From positions 1-49,928 of the forward strand of contig CAIKWA010000158.1 in assembly GCA_903831005.1 (NCBI GenBank): a DNA stretch of 49,928 bases, given 5' to 3'. Positions 27,180 through 36,872 of this stretch are shown here, piece after piece; within the stretch, counting starts at the first letter, position 1, and every line of letters starts with the position of its first letter. The notes below the pieces were generated by a model. It was given only the letters and a program-made list of their open reading frames with translations. It was not told where the DNA came from and did not search any database. The translations under genes were made by a program, and so were the position numbers. This DNA is from an uncultured Opitutia bacterium. Its GTDB lineage: Bacteria > Verrucomicrobiota > Verrucomicrobiia > Opitutales > UBA953.

Positions 27180-27559
27180 GCCACATCCGCCCAGTCTGTC
27201 TGCTGCTCGCGCTGCTGACTGGCTGTGCCACGCCCAAATCAAAGCCTACCGCCGAGGTTGACAATCCGTTCATCCTCCCGGCTGGCTCGCCGCGCAACGT
27301 GCGCATCGGCTTCATCCAAGGTTACCCTCTCGGCAGCCTTTCGGTCCCCGTGATGTTGCTCCCGGGTACGGTCGTGCAGGACAAGATGATCGTCGTGGCC
27401 CGCGACCCGCGGCTCAACCCTTCCGCTATCCTGGAAATCACCGGCCAACGCGGCCGCATCGCCGTCGCCCGCATCGTCCGGGGGCAACCCCAGCCAAAGG
27501 ACGAAGTCGTCCTGCCGTCGACCGACCTCTCAGAGCGTTCGCAGGAATTGGCGCCCTGA
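27176..27559 (+). CDS. Hypothetical lipoprotein
   Basis: The GTG start overlaps the rpoD stop (GTGA). Lipobox LLALLTGC. No homology recognised. Confidence 0.5.
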
Positions 27560-27607
27560 CGGCTGGCTCTTGACCTCGGCGGGGCGGGTGCCCACGTTGA
27601 ACCTTCC

Positions 27608-28717
27608 ATGGCAAAGACTCAGGCAGGCATCGTCGGACTTCCCAACGTGGGCAAGTCGACCCTCTTCAACGCCCTCACGCGCTCCCGTAAGGCCGAGGCG
27701 GCGAATTACCCTTTCTGCACGATTGAGCCCAATGTCGGCGTGGTCCTCGTGCCGGACGACCGCATGCTGAAGCTCCAGCAGATTGCTGGCACCAAAGTCG
27801 TCATTCCCGCCACGATCGACATCGTTGATATCGCGGGCCTCGTCGCCGGCGCCTCCAAGGGCGAAGGCAAGGGCAACGACTTCCTCTCCAACATCCGCGA
27901 GTGCGACGCGATCATCCACGTGGTCCGCTGCTTTGATAACGACGACATCGTCCACAGCATGGGCAAGGTCGACCCCATCCGGGATATCGAGGTCATCGAA
28001 ACCGAACTCATCATCGCCGACATCCAGTCGGCCGAGCAACAGCTCGACCGCAACCAGAAGAAGGTCCGCAGCCAGGACAAGGACGCCATCGCCAACGTCG
28101 AACTGCTCGCCCGTCTGGTGAAGCACCTCAACGAGAACCAGCCGGCCTCCTCGCTCGACGTCTCCGACGATGAGCGCGCCCGCCTGAAGACCTACAACCT
28201 GCTCTCCTCGAAGAAGGTGCTCTTCGCTTGTAATGTCGCCGAGGCCGATCTCGCCGACCCTTCCAAGAACCCGCATGTCGCCAACGTCGCCGCCCTCATC
28301 GGCAAACGCCACGGATGCGAGCACGTCGTGATTTGCGCCCAGGTCGAAGCCGAGCTCTGCGACCTCTCGCCCGCCGAAGCCACGGAGTTCCTGCAGTCCC
28401 TCGGCGTCACCGACTCCGGCGTCTCCTCGCTTATCCGCGGCGCCTATCACCTCCTCGGCCTGGCCACCTACTTCACCGCTGGCGAAAAAGAAGTCCGGGC
28501 TTGGACCTTCCGTAGCGGCATGACCGCACCGCAGTGCGCCGCGGTCATCCACACCGACTTCGAGAAGGGCTTCGTGAAGGCTGAAATCGTCTCCTACGAA
28601 GACCTGGTGAAGAATGGCTCAGTCGCCGCCGCCCGCGACGCCGGCCGCTACCGCCTCGAAGGCAAGTCCTACCTCTTCAAGGATGGCGATGTGGCTCTAT
28701 TCCGCTTCACCGACTAA
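27608..28717 (+). CDS. ychF: Ribosome-binding ATPase YchF
   Basis: P-loop GIVGLPNVGKSTLFNALT. Also FCTIEPNVG, DIAGLVAGASKGEG and C-terminal FEKGFVKAEIVSYEDL. Confidence 0.95.
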   Translation: MAKTQAGIVGLPNVGKSTLFNALTRSRKAEAANYPFCTIEPNVGVVLVPDDRMLKLQQIAGTKVVIPATIDIVDIAGLVAGASKGEGKGNDFLSNIRECDAIIHVVRCFDNDDIVHSMGKVDPIRDIEVIETELIIADIQSAEQQLDRNQKKVRSQDKDAIANVELLARLVKHLNENQPASSLDVSDDERARLKTYNLLSSKKVLFACNVAEADLADPSKNPHVANVAALIGKRHGCEHVVICAQVEAELCDLSPAEATEFLQSLGVTDSGVSSLIRGAYHLLGLATYFTAGEKEVRAWTFRSGMTAPQCAAVIHTDFEKGFVKAEIVSYEDLVKNGSVAAARDAGRYRLEGKSYLFKDGDVALFRFTD

Positions 28718-28752
28718 GGTTCGGACGTAGGCTAAACACCCTCCCCCCTCGA

Positions 28753-28785
28753 AAAGGACGCTTAAAAGCGTCCTTTCTTTTTGCT
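28753..28785 (+). terminator. Rho-independent terminator of ychF
   Basis: AAAGGACGCTT-AA-AAGCGTCCTTT is a perfect palindrome (28753-28776), followed by CTTTTTGCT. Confidence 0.75.
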
Positions 28786-28807
28786 TTGGTCGATTACCCC
28801 GCAACCA

Positions 28808-28828
28808 TTGGACAAGGACCTTGTCCAA
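28808..28828. promoter_or_regulatory. Perfect 10-1-10 palindrome TTGGACAAGG-A-CCTTGTCCAA just upstream of a sulfatase start codon
   Basis: Read directly from the sequence. It ends 7 nt before ATG 28836. It could be an operator or a translation-occluding hairpin. Confidence 0.35.
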
Positions 28829-28835
28829 CCTCCCC

Positions 28836-30302
28836 ATGCCCCGACGCATCGCCACGCTGGCACTGCTCCTGATTTCTGCCCTAGCAGGGGCCGCGGACGC
28901 GCGTCCAAACATCGTGCTGGTGATTGGCGAAGACATGGGGCCCGACACCGGGGCTTACGGTTGCAAGGATGCCCTCACCCCGAACATGGACCGCCTCGCC
29001 AAGGAGGGCGCCCTGTTCACCCGCGCCTTCACCCACACCGGCGTCTGCGCCCCTTCGCGCAGCGGTATGGTTACCGGCCAGTATCCGCTCAAGTATGGAG
29101 CGCAGAACATGCGCTCGAAAGTCGTCAATCCTCCCCACCCGTTCACCGAGAAACTCCGTGCTTCCGGTTACCATGTGATGTGGCCCGGCAAGACGGACTT
29201 CCAAGGCGTCTCGGAAAAGGCGCTGGCCGACGACAAGAAGCTCTGGGTCAATTACTCAAAGCAACCCCTCGGCAAGCTGACCAACAAGCCCAAGGAACCC
29301 TTCTTCGCCTACATCAACGATACGGTCAGCCACGAGAGCCAGGTGCGAGCCACCGATGAAGAACACGCCAAGAACACCGCCGCGCTCAAGCCCTCCGATC
29401 GCCGCGACCCCGCCAAGGTCGAACTCCCCCCCTTCTACCCCGACACCCCCGTCGTCCGCCGCGAGGTCGCCCACTACCATGAACTCGTCACGGCCGTCGA
29501 CTACACCCTTGGCCGTGTGCTCGAATGGCTCAAGGCCCACGACCTGGACAAGAACACCATCGTGATCCTGACCGGCGACCACGGCCGCGGCATGCCACGC
29601 TTCAAGCGCTCAGTAAAGGACACCGGAACCCGCGTCCCGCTCATCGTCCGCTGGCCCGGTCAGATTGCCCCAGGAACCGTCCGCGAAGACTTCGCCAGTT
29701 GGATCGACTTTGCACCGACCGCCCTGACCCTCGCTGGCGTGCCCGTGCCCGCCGAGTTCGACGGCCATTGCTTCTTACCCACCGCCACCAACCCGCCGAA
29801 GTACGTCTACTCTTTCCGCGACTTCATGGACGAGAGTTTTGACAAGGTACGCTCCGTCCGCGATGCCCGCTATCGCTACGTCCGCAACCTCGCCCCGGGT
29901 GTCGATGAAGCCGGCAAGAACGCTTACCAAGAAGTCGGTCAGACGATGCATGAACTCCGTCGCGTCCAAGCCGAAGGCAAACTGACCCCCGTCCAAGCCC
30001 TCTACTTCAATCCGAATCGCGCCCCGGAAGAACTCTACGACACCCAAAGCGACCCCTGGGAACTACAGAACATCGCCGCCGACCCCACGCACGCGGCCAA
30101 ACTAGCCGAACTAAGCACCGAGTGCGACGCCTGGCTCGCGCGCTGTGGCCCCCTCGCCGATCTCCATGCCGACGAACTCGTGAAGCGCGGTATCATCCTG
30201 CCACGCGACGAAAAATACGCGGAGCGACTCAAGACCGGCACGACCGCTGGTGATGCCGCGATTGCCACGAAGAAAAGTGGCCGTAACGCTCAAAACAAAT
30301 AA
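28836..30302 (+). CDS. Formylglycine-dependent sulfatase
   Basis: ORF 28821..30302 starts at TTG; ATG 28836 gives MPRRIATLALLLISALAGAADA. Motifs: IGEDMGPD and CAPSRSGMVTGQ. Confidence 0.9.
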   Translation: MPRRIATLALLLISALAGAADARPNIVLVIGEDMGPDTGAYGCKDALTPNMDRLAKEGALFTRAFTHTGVCAPSRSGMVTGQYPLKYGAQNMRSKVVNPPHPFTEKLRASGYHVMWPGKTDFQGVSEKALADDKKLWVNYSKQPLGKLTNKPKEPFFAYINDTVSHESQVRATDEEHAKNTAALKPSDRRDPAKVELPPFYPDTPVVRREVAHYHELVTAVDYTLGRVLEWLKAHDLDKNTIVILTGDHGRGMPRFKRSVKDTGTRVPLIVRWPGQIAPGTVREDFASWIDFAPTALTLAGVPVPAEFDGHCFLPTATNPPKYVYSFRDFMDESFDKVRSVRDARYRYVRNLAPGVDEAGKNAYQEVGQTMHELRRVQAEGKLTPVQALYFNPNRAPEELYDTQSDPWELQNIAADPTHAAKLAELSTECDAWLARCGPLADLHADELVKRGIILPRDEKYAERLKTGTTAGDAAIATKKSGRNAQNK

Positions 30303-30315
30303 TCTTTCTATCACC

Positions 30316-30936
30316 ATGCGCCCCCTCCTCCTCCTGTCCGCTTCGCTGCTCGCCTTCGGCTGCAAACCTGCCCCGCAGGTCACCCGCTATAAGGTGGAAT
30401 CCGAAGCCGCTCCGGCCTCGACCGCGCCCGCAGCTGTCGCCGCGAAGCCGGCCCCCTCTCCGGCCGTGGCTGCCCCAATGGTCGCCCCCGCCTCAATGAA
30501 GGCCGAAGCGGCTGGCTTCGACGCCCCCAAGTGGGCGAAGCTTCCTGCCGGCTGGTCCGTCGGCCCGGAAAACTCCATGCGCAAGGCCACGTGGATTGTC
30601 TCCGGCCCGAACGACAGTAAGGCCGAGATCGCCGTGACGGTCTTTCCAGGCAGCGTCGGCGGACTCACCGCCAACGTGAACCGCTGGCGCGGACAGATTG
30701 GCCTCCCTCCGGCTAGCCCCGATGAAATCGCAGCTTCCGCCAAGACGGTGAAGGTCGGTGGCCTCGACAGCCAGCGCTTCGTGATGACCTCCTCCGACGG
30801 TAAAAAGTCGGTCGATGCCGTCATGACTTCCAAGGATAGCGCGACCTGGTTCTTCAAGATGAACGGCGAAACCGCCGCCGTCGAAGCCAATGGCGCCGCG
30901 TTCGTCGCCTTCCTCTCCGCCTCCCAGCTTCCATGA
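30316..30936 (+). CDS. Hypothetical lipoprotein with Ala/Pro-rich linker, translationally coupled to ccsBA
   Basis: ORF 30250..30936; ATG 30316 gives MRPLLLLSASLLAFGC (lipobox). Linker APASTAPAAVAAKPAPSPAVAAP, then a globular domain. The stop overlaps the ccsBA start (ATGA). Confidence 0.6.
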   Translation: MRPLLLLSASLLAFGCKPAPQVTRYKVESEAAPASTAPAAVAAKPAPSPAVAAPMVAPASMKAEAAGFDAPKWAKLPAGWSVGPENSMRKATWIVSGPNDSKAEIAVTVFPGSVGGLTANVNRWRGQIGLPPASPDEIAASAKTVKVGGLDSQRFVMTSSDGKKSVDAVMTSKDSATWFFKMNGETAAVEANGAAFVAFLSASQLP

Positions 30937-33900
30937 ACAACGAAGAATTTCAGAAGAAGGCCGACAGCGGCCGTCGGCTCATCGACACGCTAGCGTCGCT
31001 CAAGCTGACGGTCTTCCTGCTCGTACTGTCGATGATCTTGGTGCTACTCGGCACGCTCGAACAGGTCCATTGGGGTGTCTGGCACGTCCAGAAGGTCTAC
31101 TTTAGCTCCTGGCTCTGTTTCTATCCGATGGACCCCACGGCAGCCTTGCGCATCCCGCTCCCAGCTGGCTTCACCATCGGAGCTCTGCTCATGCTCAACT
31201 TGGGCTTCGCGCACTTCCGCCACTTCAAGGCAACTTCCGCCAAAATCGGCATCAGTATGATCCACGCGGGCCTGCTCCTTCTGCTGGGCGGCGGCTTCGT
31301 CACTGCAATCTACCAGGAAGAGTCCGCCATGATCATCCCTGAAGGCGAGAAGCGTAATTACTCGGAAGCCTTCCGCGAATTCGAGATCGCACTCGTGGAG
31401 AAATCCGCCACCGCCGAGACCGTCGTCGCCCTCCCGGATTCAATCCTGCGCGACCTCGCGACCAAAGGGCTACCCGCCGACGTCGCACTCCCGGGCACTC
31501 CTTACACGCTCGTCGTCCAGGCCTACCACCCGAACGCGATGATCCGGGCGAAATCCCAGATGAGCGATGGCCTCCCGCTCAAGGCAACCCAAGGTATTGG
31601 CGCCCGCACTGAGCTGGTCTACAAGCCGCTCCCGGAAAGCTATGACGACAACAAGCCCAACGCTCCCACCGCGATCGTGGAGCTGAAGACGAAGGACAAG
31701 TCGCTCGGTATCTGGGCCCTTAATCTTAATCTCACGGAATCTTTCGATGCCCAGACCTTTGAAGACGCCGGCAAGACCCACGAGCTCTCGCTCCGCCGGA
31801 CCCGCTACTACGTCCCCTTCACGGTGCAGCTGGATAAGTTCACCCACGAGAAGTATCCCGGAACCGAGACACCCCGTCGTTTCGCCAGCGATGTGCAGAT
31901 CAAGGAAGGTGCGAGCTCGTTCGCCTATAACATCTCCATGAACCAGCCGCTCCGTCACGCCGGTCTGACCTTCTTCCAGTCCAGCTTCGGTAGCACGAAG
32001 GACGGCAAGAGCCTCAGCGTGCTCCAAGTCGTCCGTAACCCGGGCTGGCTCTTACCCTACATCTCCGTGGCGATGATGTCCCTCGGCCTCATCTGGCACT
32101 TTGGATTCTCGTTGCTCCGCTTCCTCCGCGGGCGCGCCGCCAAGGCCGCCGCCGTCCTGACCCTCGGCTTCCTGACTGTCACGGCCGATGCAGCCGACGC
32201 CGGCTGGAACACCCGTGAGTTTGGCACGATTCCCGTCCAGAGCGGTGGTCGCGTCATCCCGATCGAGACCCTCGCCACTGGGTCGTTGCTCCAGATGCGC
32301 TCACGCACCTCGATCAGCCTCTCGAAACTCGAACGCGTCGCCTTCGGCCAGCGTCCGTCAACCTGGACCGCGGAACAGCGGGTCGAAATCGCTAAGGAAC
32401 TCCCCGCCCTTTCGACCGAACTCCAAGCGCTACTCGAGAAGCGTCCCGTCCGACTCACCGGTGGTGCCATCAGCTCGGTCGACTGGCTCATCGAAGTCTG
32501 CTTCCGCGCCCCAATCGCCCGTCATCTGCCGACCTTCCGCGTCGAACACCCCAACGTGCTCAAACGCGTCGGCGGCGACGCGGAGAAGAGCCTCTACGTC
32601 AGCTGGGACGGTATCCTGAAAAATAGCGCCGAACTCAGTAAGGCAGCCGAGCAGGCCCGCGGCCGTGCTCAAGCCGACCGCGACACCGAAGACCGCGGCC
32701 TCCTCACGCTCGAAAGCGCGGCCCGGCAGTATGCGACACTGAGCATGACCTTCATCCCCGGCGACCTGCCTCTCGACGTCACCCCGCGCCGCGAATACGG
32801 CGCTTGGATCTCCGCTCTCAACCGTGCTCTTGGCGAAATGAGTGCCAGCGCCAGCGGCAAGGCCTTCGACCCCGAGCTACAGAAGACAGTAAAGACGTTC
32901 GTGGATCGCTACCAGGATTTCGAACGCCAAGGCGTCATCGGCCTAATGCCCCCCAAGGACGAAACCTCACTCGCCCGCTGGGATAACCTCGGCGCGTCGC
33001 TCCTAGCCGTTATTAAGGACCAGAAGGCCCACCGGGCCGGTCTAGCCGAGGACGGCATCATCACCCGCTACGCGGACTTCTCGATGGCTTGGCGTGAAGG
33101 CAAGGACGACGAATGCTCCCGTCTCAGCAGCGCCATCGCCGCCTCGCTTAAAGGCCCGTGGTCCAACAAGGCTGCATCCGAAGCCTCTTTCGGACGCATG
33201 CAGCCCTTCTACTGGCTACTCATTGCTTATGCGATCACGGTACTCATGGTCTTCGTATCGTGGCTGACTTCCTCGGAGAACCTGCGCGCCTGGGCCTACC
33301 GCCTACTCGTGGCCTGCTTCATCCTCCATACGCTGGCCCTCGGCTACCGCATGTGGCTCCACGGCCGTCCGCCGGTGACTAACCTCTACTCGTCCGGCAT
33401 CTTTGTCGCCTGGGGTGCCGTCGCCCTCGGCATTATGCTCGAACGCGTCTGGAAGAACGGCATTGGCGCCGCGGCCACTGGTATCACGGGTTTCGTCTCG
33501 CTGATTGTCGCCCATAACCTCGGGCTCTCTGGCGATGACAACCTCGAGAGCGTCCGCGCGGTACTCGACTCGAACTTCTGGCTGGCGACGCACGTGACCA
33601 TCGTAACGCTGGGCTACTCGGCGACCTTCGTCGCCGGCCTCCTCGGCGCACTGCACCTTGCGCTTCGCGCCTTCAAGAAAGACTACAATCTCGGCGATAG
33701 CGTCGCCCGCGCGGCTTACGGCATCCTCGCCTTCGCCGTGCTCGCCAGCTTCATCGGCACAATGCTCGGTGGCATCTGGGCTGACCAGAGCTGGGGACGC
33801 TTCTGGGGCTGGGACCCCAAAGAGAACGGCGCCATCCTCATCGTCATCTGGTGCGCCATTTGCCTCCATGCCCGCTGGGGTGGACTCGTCCGCCGCGAAG

Positions 33901-34106
33901 GGCTGATGCAGCTCCTCATCTTCGGTAATATTGTGACGGCCTGGTCCTGGTTCGGCACCAACCTTCTCGGCGTGGGTCTACACAGCTACGGCTTCACGGA
34001 AACAGGCTCGTTCTGGCTCTACTATGTGTTCTGCCCTTCGCAGCTCGCACTCATTGCCCTCGGTTGGTTGCCTGACCGAGCGAAGAGTGCCCTCCAGAGC
34101 GCATGA
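30933..34106 (+). CDS. ccsBA: Fused cytochrome c biogenesis System II synthase CcsB(ResB)-CcsA
   Basis: N-terminal ResB-like TM segments with a large periplasmic region (FASDVQIKEG...MNQPLRHAGLTFFQSSF). C-terminal CcsA with WWD motif WGRFWGWDPKENG (33792-33830) and multiple TM helices. Confidence 0.85.
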   Translation: MNNEEFQKKADSGRRLIDTLASLKLTVFLLVLSMILVLLGTLEQVHWGVWHVQKVYFSSWLCFYPMDPTAALRIPLPAGFTIGALLMLNLGFAHFRHFKATSAKIGISMIHAGLLLLLGGGFVTAIYQEESAMIIPEGEKRNYSEAFREFEIALVEKSATAETVVALPDSILRDLATKGLPADVALPGTPYTLVVQAYHPNAMIRAKSQMSDGLPLKATQGIGARTELVYKPLPESYDDNKPNAPTAIVELKTKDKSLGIWALNLNLTESFDAQTFEDAGKTHELSLRRTRYYVPFTVQLDKFTHEKYPGTETPRRFASDVQIKEGASSFAYNISMNQPLRHAGLTFFQSSFGSTKDGKSLSVLQVVRNPGWLLPYISVAMMSLGLIWHFGFSLLRFLRGRAAKAAAVLTLGFLTVTADAADAGWNTREFGTIPVQSGGRVIPIETLATGSLLQMRSRTSISLSKLERVAFGQRPSTWTAEQRVEIAKELPALSTELQALLEKRPVRLTGGAISSVDWLIEVCFRAPIARHLPTFRVEHPNVLKRVGGDAEKSLYVSWDGILKNSAELSKAAEQARGRAQADRDTEDRGLLTLESAARQYATLSMTFIPGDLPLDVTPRREYGAWISALNRALGEMSASASGKAFDPELQKTVKTFVDRYQDFERQGVIGLMPPKDETSLARWDNLGASLLAVIKDQKAHRAGLAEDGIITRYADFSMAWREGKDDECSRLSSAIAASLKGPWSNKAASEASFGRMQPFYWLLIAYAITVLMVFVSWLTSSENLRAWAYRLLVACFILHTLALGYRMWLHGRPPVTNLYSSGIFVAWGAVALGIMLERVWKNGIGAAATGITGFVSLIVAHNLGLSGDDNLESVRAVLDSNFWLATHVTIVTLGYSATFVAGLLGALHLALRAFKKDYNLGDSVARAAYGILAFAVLASFIGTMLGGIWADQSWGRFWGWDPKENGAILIVIWCAICLHARWGGLVRREGLMQLLIFGNIVTAWSWFGTNLLGVGLHSYGFTETGSFWLYYVFCPSQLALIALGWLPDRAKSALQSA

Positions 34107-34627
34107 CCGAAGCCGCCGGCCCGACCTGGTTCTGCATCAAGGCCAAGCCTCGCCAAGAGGCGGTGGCGGTGCAGAACCTAAGGGCGATTGGCGTCAGTGA
34201 GCTGGTCTTCCCCCGCCTGCGCCGCACCCGGCGCGGGCACGACAAGAACAAGGTCGTCGTCGAACCGCTCTTTCCGGGCTACGTCTTCGCCCGGTTTGAT
34301 CCGCACGAATTCCAAGCTACAATCCGGAGCACTCGCGGCGTACTCCACCTCGTCAGCCGCGAAGGCCGGCCAGTTGATGTCGAACAAACGGTCATCGACG
34401 AGCTCAAGGCCCTGGGACCCGAGTCCATTCTCTCCATGCTCGATGAAGAGTTAAAGCTCGGCACCAAAGCCCGCGTCATCCGCGGCATCTTTACTGGCTC
34501 CGAAGGCGAGGTCATCCGCCTTGAGTCTCCCCAGAAACGTATCGCGCTACTCCTCTCCATCCTTGGCTCCGACCAACCCGTCGAATTGTCGCTCGATGAC
34601 GTCGAAGGCCTCCCGGATGAAAGCTGA
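34103..34627 (+). CDS. NusG-family paralog (NGN + KOW; RfaH/UpxY-like specialised antiterminator candidate)
   Basis: ATGA overlap with the ccsBA stop. NGN: WFCIKAKPRQEAVAVQNL...EPLFPGYVFARF. KOW-like: GTKARVIRGIFTGSEGEVIRL. Confidence 0.75.
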   Translation: MTEAAGPTWFCIKAKPRQEAVAVQNLRAIGVSELVFPRLRRTRRGHDKNKVVVEPLFPGYVFARFDPHEFQATIRSTRGVLHLVSREGRPVDVEQTVIDELKALGPESILSMLDEELKLGTKARVIRGIFTGSEGEVIRLESPQKRIALLLSILGSDQPVELSLDDVEGLPDES

Positions 34628-34665
34628 CTTCCTACCCCCACCCCTGCCCCTACCCCTTTTTAGTC

Positions 34666-35127
34666 ATGATCCTCGATCAACTTTCCGCTTCCGCCGCCTA
34701 CGAATCGCTCCACCCGCTCTTCCCCAAGGCATTCGCCTACCTCCGCTCTTTCGACGTGAAGACAGAAGACGGGAAATATGAACTTCAAGGACAGGATCTG
34801 GTGGCCATCGTGCAGCGTTACCCGACCGCTCTCTCCGCGGACAAGCTTTGGGAAGCCCATCAGATCTATGGCGACATTCAGGTAGTCTATCGAGGCCTGG
34901 AAAATTGCGGCCATGCCGACCAGAAGAGTCTCGTGATTACTAAGCCTTACATCACCGAAAAGGACGTCGAGAAATACGCCGCCCCGACCGTCCCCACGGC
35001 GTTGCTCACCCTCGGCCGCGGCAACTTCGCGATCTTCCACCCGCAGGATGGCCATCAGCCCGGCGTGCAAATCGGTGCACCGGCCGAGATTCTCAAGGTG
35101 GTCATCAAGTTCCGCCTAAAGGTTTGA
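34666..35127 (+). CDS. YhcH/YjgK/YiaL (DUF386) family protein
   Basis: LHPLFPKAFAYLRS...GKYELQGQDLVAIVQRY...WEAHQIYGDIQVVYRGLE...FAIFHPQDGHQPG matches the family pattern as I recall it. Confidence 0.75.
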   Translation: MILDQLSASAAYESLHPLFPKAFAYLRSFDVKTEDGKYELQGQDLVAIVQRYPTALSADKLWEAHQIYGDIQVVYRGLENCGHADQKSLVITKPYITEKDVEKYAAPTVPTALLTLGRGNFAIFHPQDGHQPGVQIGAPAEILKVVIKFRLKV

Positions 35128-35161
35128 GCGGCTTGCAACTTCGCCGACTTTGCGGTGTCCT

Positions 35162-36109
35162 ATGGTCAACCCCATGAGACTCCTCGCCTGCCTGCTCCTT
35201 GCCCTCACCTGCGCCTTCGGCGCAGCCCAAGACGTCAACCGCATCTCCGACGTCATCTACACCAAGCATGACGGTGTGGCGCTCACGATGGACGTCTTCA
35301 CTCCGGCCAAGCCCAATGGGGCCGCAGTCATTAAGATTATCAGCGGTGGCTGGAACTCCAACCACAACGGCATCAGCGATGGCGGCTGGACGAAATACGG
35401 GTTCACGACCTTCGTCGTCGTGCACGGCACGCAGCCTCGCTTCCACATCGATGAAATCGTCGGCGACCTCCAGCGCTCCGTCCGTTTCATCCGTGCCAAC
35501 GCCGCCAAGTTCGGCATCGATCCGAATAAGATCGGCGTCACCGGCGGCAGCGCCGGAGGCCATCTCAGCCTGATGCTCGGCACCCGAGTTATTGCGGCCA
35601 ATCCAAAGTCGAAGGACCTCGTCGATCAGGTGAGCTCTGAGGTCAACGCGGTCGCCTGCTACTACCCGCCAGTCGATTTCCTTAACTGGGGTAAGGAAGG
35701 CGACAGCAAAGAAGGTATCGGTCCCTTGCATAGCCGCGCGCCGGCCTTCGGTCCGATCGTGACCACCGCCGAAGGACGCGAACGTGCCGGCCGCGAACTC
35801 TCGCCCCTCTTCTGGATTAGCGACAAGACCCCGCCCACCTTCATCGTCCAAGGCGACGCTGACCCGCTCGTCCCTGACTCCCAGGCCCGCCGCTACCTCG
35901 CCCGCGCCAAGGAAGTCGGCGCCAAGGCCGAAGTGCTCATCCGCCTCGGCGGCGCGCATGGCGGCTGGATCGAGATGGCCGACGACAACGTCCGCATGGC
36001 CGAATGGTTCAGCCTCCATCTCCTCGGCCAGCAGCCAGCCAAGCCCTTCAATTTCGACATTTCGTCCCTACCCAGCACGCCCGCACCGAAGAAACCTGCG
36101 AAGAAGTAA
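35162..36109 (+). CDS. Secreted alpha/beta-hydrolase (esterase/lipase-type)
   Basis: ORF 35150..36109; ATG 35162 gives signal MVNPMRLLACLLLALTCAFGAAQ. Nucleophile elbow GGSAGGHLS. Later motifs QGDADPLVP and GGAHGG. Confidence 0.75.
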   Translation: MVNPMRLLACLLLALTCAFGAAQDVNRISDVIYTKHDGVALTMDVFTPAKPNGAAVIKIISGGWNSNHNGISDGGWTKYGFTTFVVVHGTQPRFHIDEIVGDLQRSVRFIRANAAKFGIDPNKIGVTGGSAGGHLSLMLGTRVIAANPKSKDLVDQVSSEVNAVACYYPPVDFLNWGKEGDSKEGIGPLHSRAPAFGPIVTTAEGRERAGRELSPLFWISDKTPPTFIVQGDADPLVPDSQARRYLARAKEVGAKAEVLIRLGGAHGGWIEMADDNVRMAEWFSLHLLGQQPAKPFNFDISSLPSTPAPKKPAKK

Positions 36110-36167
36110 GCCGAGGAGGGGTTGATTTACGCTGGCGGGAAAGCCTAGCCGTTTCCATATAGATGGT

Positions 36168-36872
36168 ATGGCTTCGCCTTGTCGACTCATCCTCGCCCTC
36201 GACGTAGAGACCAAGGAGGAAGCCTTGGCGCTCGCCCGCCCGCTCGCCGGCAACCTCGCCTGGGTGAAACTCGGCCTCCAGCTGTTCACGCGTCACGGTC
36301 CAGGCATCGTCGACGAATTCCACGCGCTGGGCTTCAAGGTCTTCCTCGACCTGAAGTTCCACGATATCCCGAATACGGTCTCCTCCGCGATCAAGAGCCT
36401 CCAGGGTCGACCGTGCTCCCTCCTCACCATCCACGCCTGCGGTGGACCTGAGATGATCGCTCGCGCCGCCGACGCTGCGAAGTCCACCCTGCCTGATTGC
36501 ACCGTTCTCGGGGTCACGGTTCTGACCTCGATGGATCAAGCCCAACTTACCGCCTCCGGTGTGGCCCGCACGCCCGAAGAACAGGTCCGCCTACTCGGTC
36601 GCATGGCCATCAACTCCGGTATCGGCGGTCTGGTCTGCTCTCCACTCGAACTACCCATGCTCCGCCAAGACCTCGGCGACAGCCCGACGCTCGTCACTCC
36701 AGGCATCCGCTATCCGGACGCCGCGGGCGACGACCAAAACCGCATCATGACGCCGGCCCAAGCGGCCGCCGCCGGCGCTAGCTTCATCGTGGTCGGCCGA
36801 CCCATCCTCAAGGCGAGGGATCCCGCCGCCGAGACGCTCCGTATCCGACGCGACATTGGCGAGATCACATGA
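36168..36872 (+). CDS. pyrF: Orotidine 5'-phosphate decarboxylase
   Basis: Motifs: LILALDV, VKLGLQLF, FLDLKFHDIPNTV and FIVVGRPI. Confidence 0.9.
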   Translation: MASPCRLILALDVETKEEALALARPLAGNLAWVKLGLQLFTRHGPGIVDEFHALGFKVFLDLKFHDIPNTVSSAIKSLQGRPCSLLTIHACGGPEMIARAADAAKSTLPDCTVLGVTVLTSMDQAQLTASGVARTPEEQVRLLGRMAINSGIGGLVCSPLELPMLRQDLGDSPTLVTPGIRYPDAAGDDQNRIMTPAQAAAAGASFIVVGRPILKARDPAAETLRIRRDIGEIT

